This document shows, piece after piece, positions 62,746 to 64,000 of a stretch of DNA of 64,000 nt. The translations under genes were made by a program, and so were the position numbers. The stretch is taken from the NCBI GenBank assembly GCA_020891255.1, contig BQFW01000006.1:372001-436000 (forward strand). The letters run 5' to 3'. Every line of letters starts with the position of its first letter. The first letter of the stretch is position 1. This DNA is from Entomortierella parvispora E1425 (Eukaryota > Fungi > Mortierellomycota). Under the pieces are notes generated by a model. The model had not been told where the DNA came from. It did no database searches and saw only the letters and a list, made by a program, of their open reading frames with translations.

Positions 62746-64000
62746 CACTTCGACTTCAACAAATCCGAAGAAATAACAGCGAACGTCGAAATCCTCAACT
62801 CCAGCGCCTTCATCGATCCTGGCTTCGACCAACAAAGTTTGAGGTGTCTTCTGCGCGGGGCAATCTCGGGCTATATGTCCCAACTGTTGGCAATTGTAAC
62901 ACTGTCTCTCAGACATGGGGTTCTTCTCGCCTGAGTACCGAGTGGTGGGCGGTCCAGCCGGTCTAGGAGTAACTCGATTACTCTTACTGATGAGGATTTC
63001 CAGGCGGTCCAGCTCCTGAGTGACAGCTTCGATGTCGTCCTTGGAAGCTAAATTCTTCTGAGTCGAGTTGTTTTTGGCAGAGGTAAAGGATTTGGTGTCG
63101 CGTTTCACGGACGGGGAGCCGACGGCCTTTGATTCAGATTTGCCACGGTCATCTAACGGGTCCTTCTTCTTTTGCTTGTCCTTAGCAGTCGGGTTCTTAT
63201 CATCGTCATCATCGCTGGACTCGCTTTCATCATCGGTATCGTCCGTTTCCTCGTTATGTCGTACCAGATACAACTCGTACATCTTGCGAGAGCATTTATG
63301 GGCCTCCTCCATCATATCCTCAAGCTTGTTCTGGTGATGGACCTCCTTGGCAATGTCAGGAAGGAACAAGTTCTTGAGATAAGCCTTGCGTACGCCTGCT
63401 TCATCATACACACCAAGTCCTTGTCGAGTAGCCTGTTGATATTGTTCGTTTAGGATCCTAAAACGGATGTTGAAGGCCTGGACCGACTCTTTCTTTGTCT
63501 GCTTGCACTTGTCCAACTGCGCCAAGGATCCTGAGAGCAACTGATCACGAACGGACATGAAGGTATTGCGGAAATCCTCGTAGAGGCCTTCGGGGCGAAC
63601 CTCCCGGTTATTTTCGAGAAAGTATACAAACCATGCCTGTGTTTCGTCTGTTCCCATGGATGCTCCAAACGATTCGATGGTACGAGAGGCGGCCGTATGT
63701 GGGTTCATGTTGGTAAATTGCGTTCCAGCCCACAATTGGTACTGATGCAGCCATACCTCTGCTTTATGTTTCTTAGGATTGAACTTTCCAGCCGAACATA
63801 CACGAGGTTCTTTCTTGCCATGGAAGTCGTTGGGAGGCGTCCGATACTGATCATGAGGGCGTTCGTCACGTGACCAAGGGCGTTCGAGTCGTTCTCGACT
63901 CCTTCCGTCGGCAAAGTTAGAGGGCCTGTAAGGGGTCGAGAAATGGCTGGTCGGCTGAGTCGTCGGTAACGAGGGAGTGGATTCAGGGATTGGTCCTGGA
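62737..64000 (-). CDS. Element C gag (5'-truncated by the window edge; one apparent 1-nt deletion in an A run near 63785)
   Basis: 332-aa ORF with zinc knuckle; adding one A gives LEKFNPKKHKAEVWLHQY, linking it to the upstream ORF 63705-63914. Confidence 0.75.
   Translation of the reverse strand, partial: PGPIPESTPSLPTTQPTSHFSTPYRPSNFADGRSRERLERPWSRDERPHDQYRTPPNDFHGKKEPRVCSAGKFNPKKHKAEVWLHQYQLWAGTQFTNMNPHTAASRTIESFGASMGTDETQAWFVYFLENNREVRPEGLYEDFRNTFMSVRDQLLSGSLAQLDKCKQTKKESVQAFNIRFRILNEQYQQATRQGLGVYDEAGVRKAYLKNLFLPDIAKEVHHQNKLEDMMEEAHKCSRKMYELYLVRHNEETDDTDDESESSDDDDDKNPTAKDKQKKKDPLDDRGKSESKAVGSPSVKRDTKSFTSAKNNSTQKNLASKDDIEAVTQELDRLEILISKSNRVTPRPAGPPTTRYSGEKNPMSERQCYNCQQLGHIARDCPAQKTPQTLLVEARIDEGAGVEDFDVRCYFFGFVEVEVDF

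Larger units (their letters stand above)
57966..64000 (-). mobile_element. Ty3/gypsy element 'C' (gag and pol in different frames, no chromodomain), 5' end beyond the window; 3' LTR probably starts at 57990 and is cut by LTR B
   Basis: gag knuckle CYNCQQLGHIARDC; PR LLDGGS; RT FVDD; RNase H ADTSD; IN HHCC/DDE; GPY; short purine tract AGGAGGA before TGTGAG. Confidence 0.88.

Noticed and set aside
61935-62966. 343-aa plus-strand ORF
   Set aside because: Antisense shadow of the element C gag-pol region; low complexity with no independent signals. The same reasoning applies to the many antisense ORFs over TTI1, CND1 and the other pol genes
1-64000. rRNA and tRNA genes
   Set aside because: No conserved rRNA segments or tRNA cloverleaf/A-B box pairs noticed by eye; tRNAscan-SE or Infernal would be needed to exclude them formally

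Overview
Eukaryotic (fungal) genomic DNA with short GT-AG introns and CTAAC branch points. Gene content and TE types point to an early-diverging fungus, most likely Mortierellomycotina; this is inference only. The window has three zones. (1) 1-34 kb is a gene-dense host region: Ppn2-like metallophosphoesterase, a small secreted 10-Cys protein, TTI1, GPI-specific phospholipase D (GPLD1), condensin Cnd1/Ycs4, a mitochondrial carrier, MRPL32, MPC1 (whose reading frame needs a 4-nt microexon), a PAM2 + coiled-coil protein and a LIM-domain-binding (PtaB/Mfg1-like) regulator. Decayed DIRS, Crypton-like and Fanzor/TnpB-like remnants lie between these genes. (2) 34198-41790 is a 7.6-kb AcademH-type DNA transposon with a target-site duplication and apparently identical 1019-bp terminal inverted repeats. 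The repeats contain the first 3.5 spliced exons of both of its convergent genes, so the predicted RecQ-like helicase and DUF6589-like transposase share an identical ~135-aa N-terminus. This is the most unusual feature in the window. A TKL kinase-ankyrin gene follows. (3) 44.7-64 kb is a multi-layer nest of Ty3/gypsy elements and solo LTRs whose insertion order can be reconstructed from TSDs. Nearly all frameshifts in the repeats are single-base changes in homopolymer runs, while single-copy genes show none, so several elements may be intact in vivo. No rRNA, tRNA or CRISPR array was seen. All exon models were built by hand.
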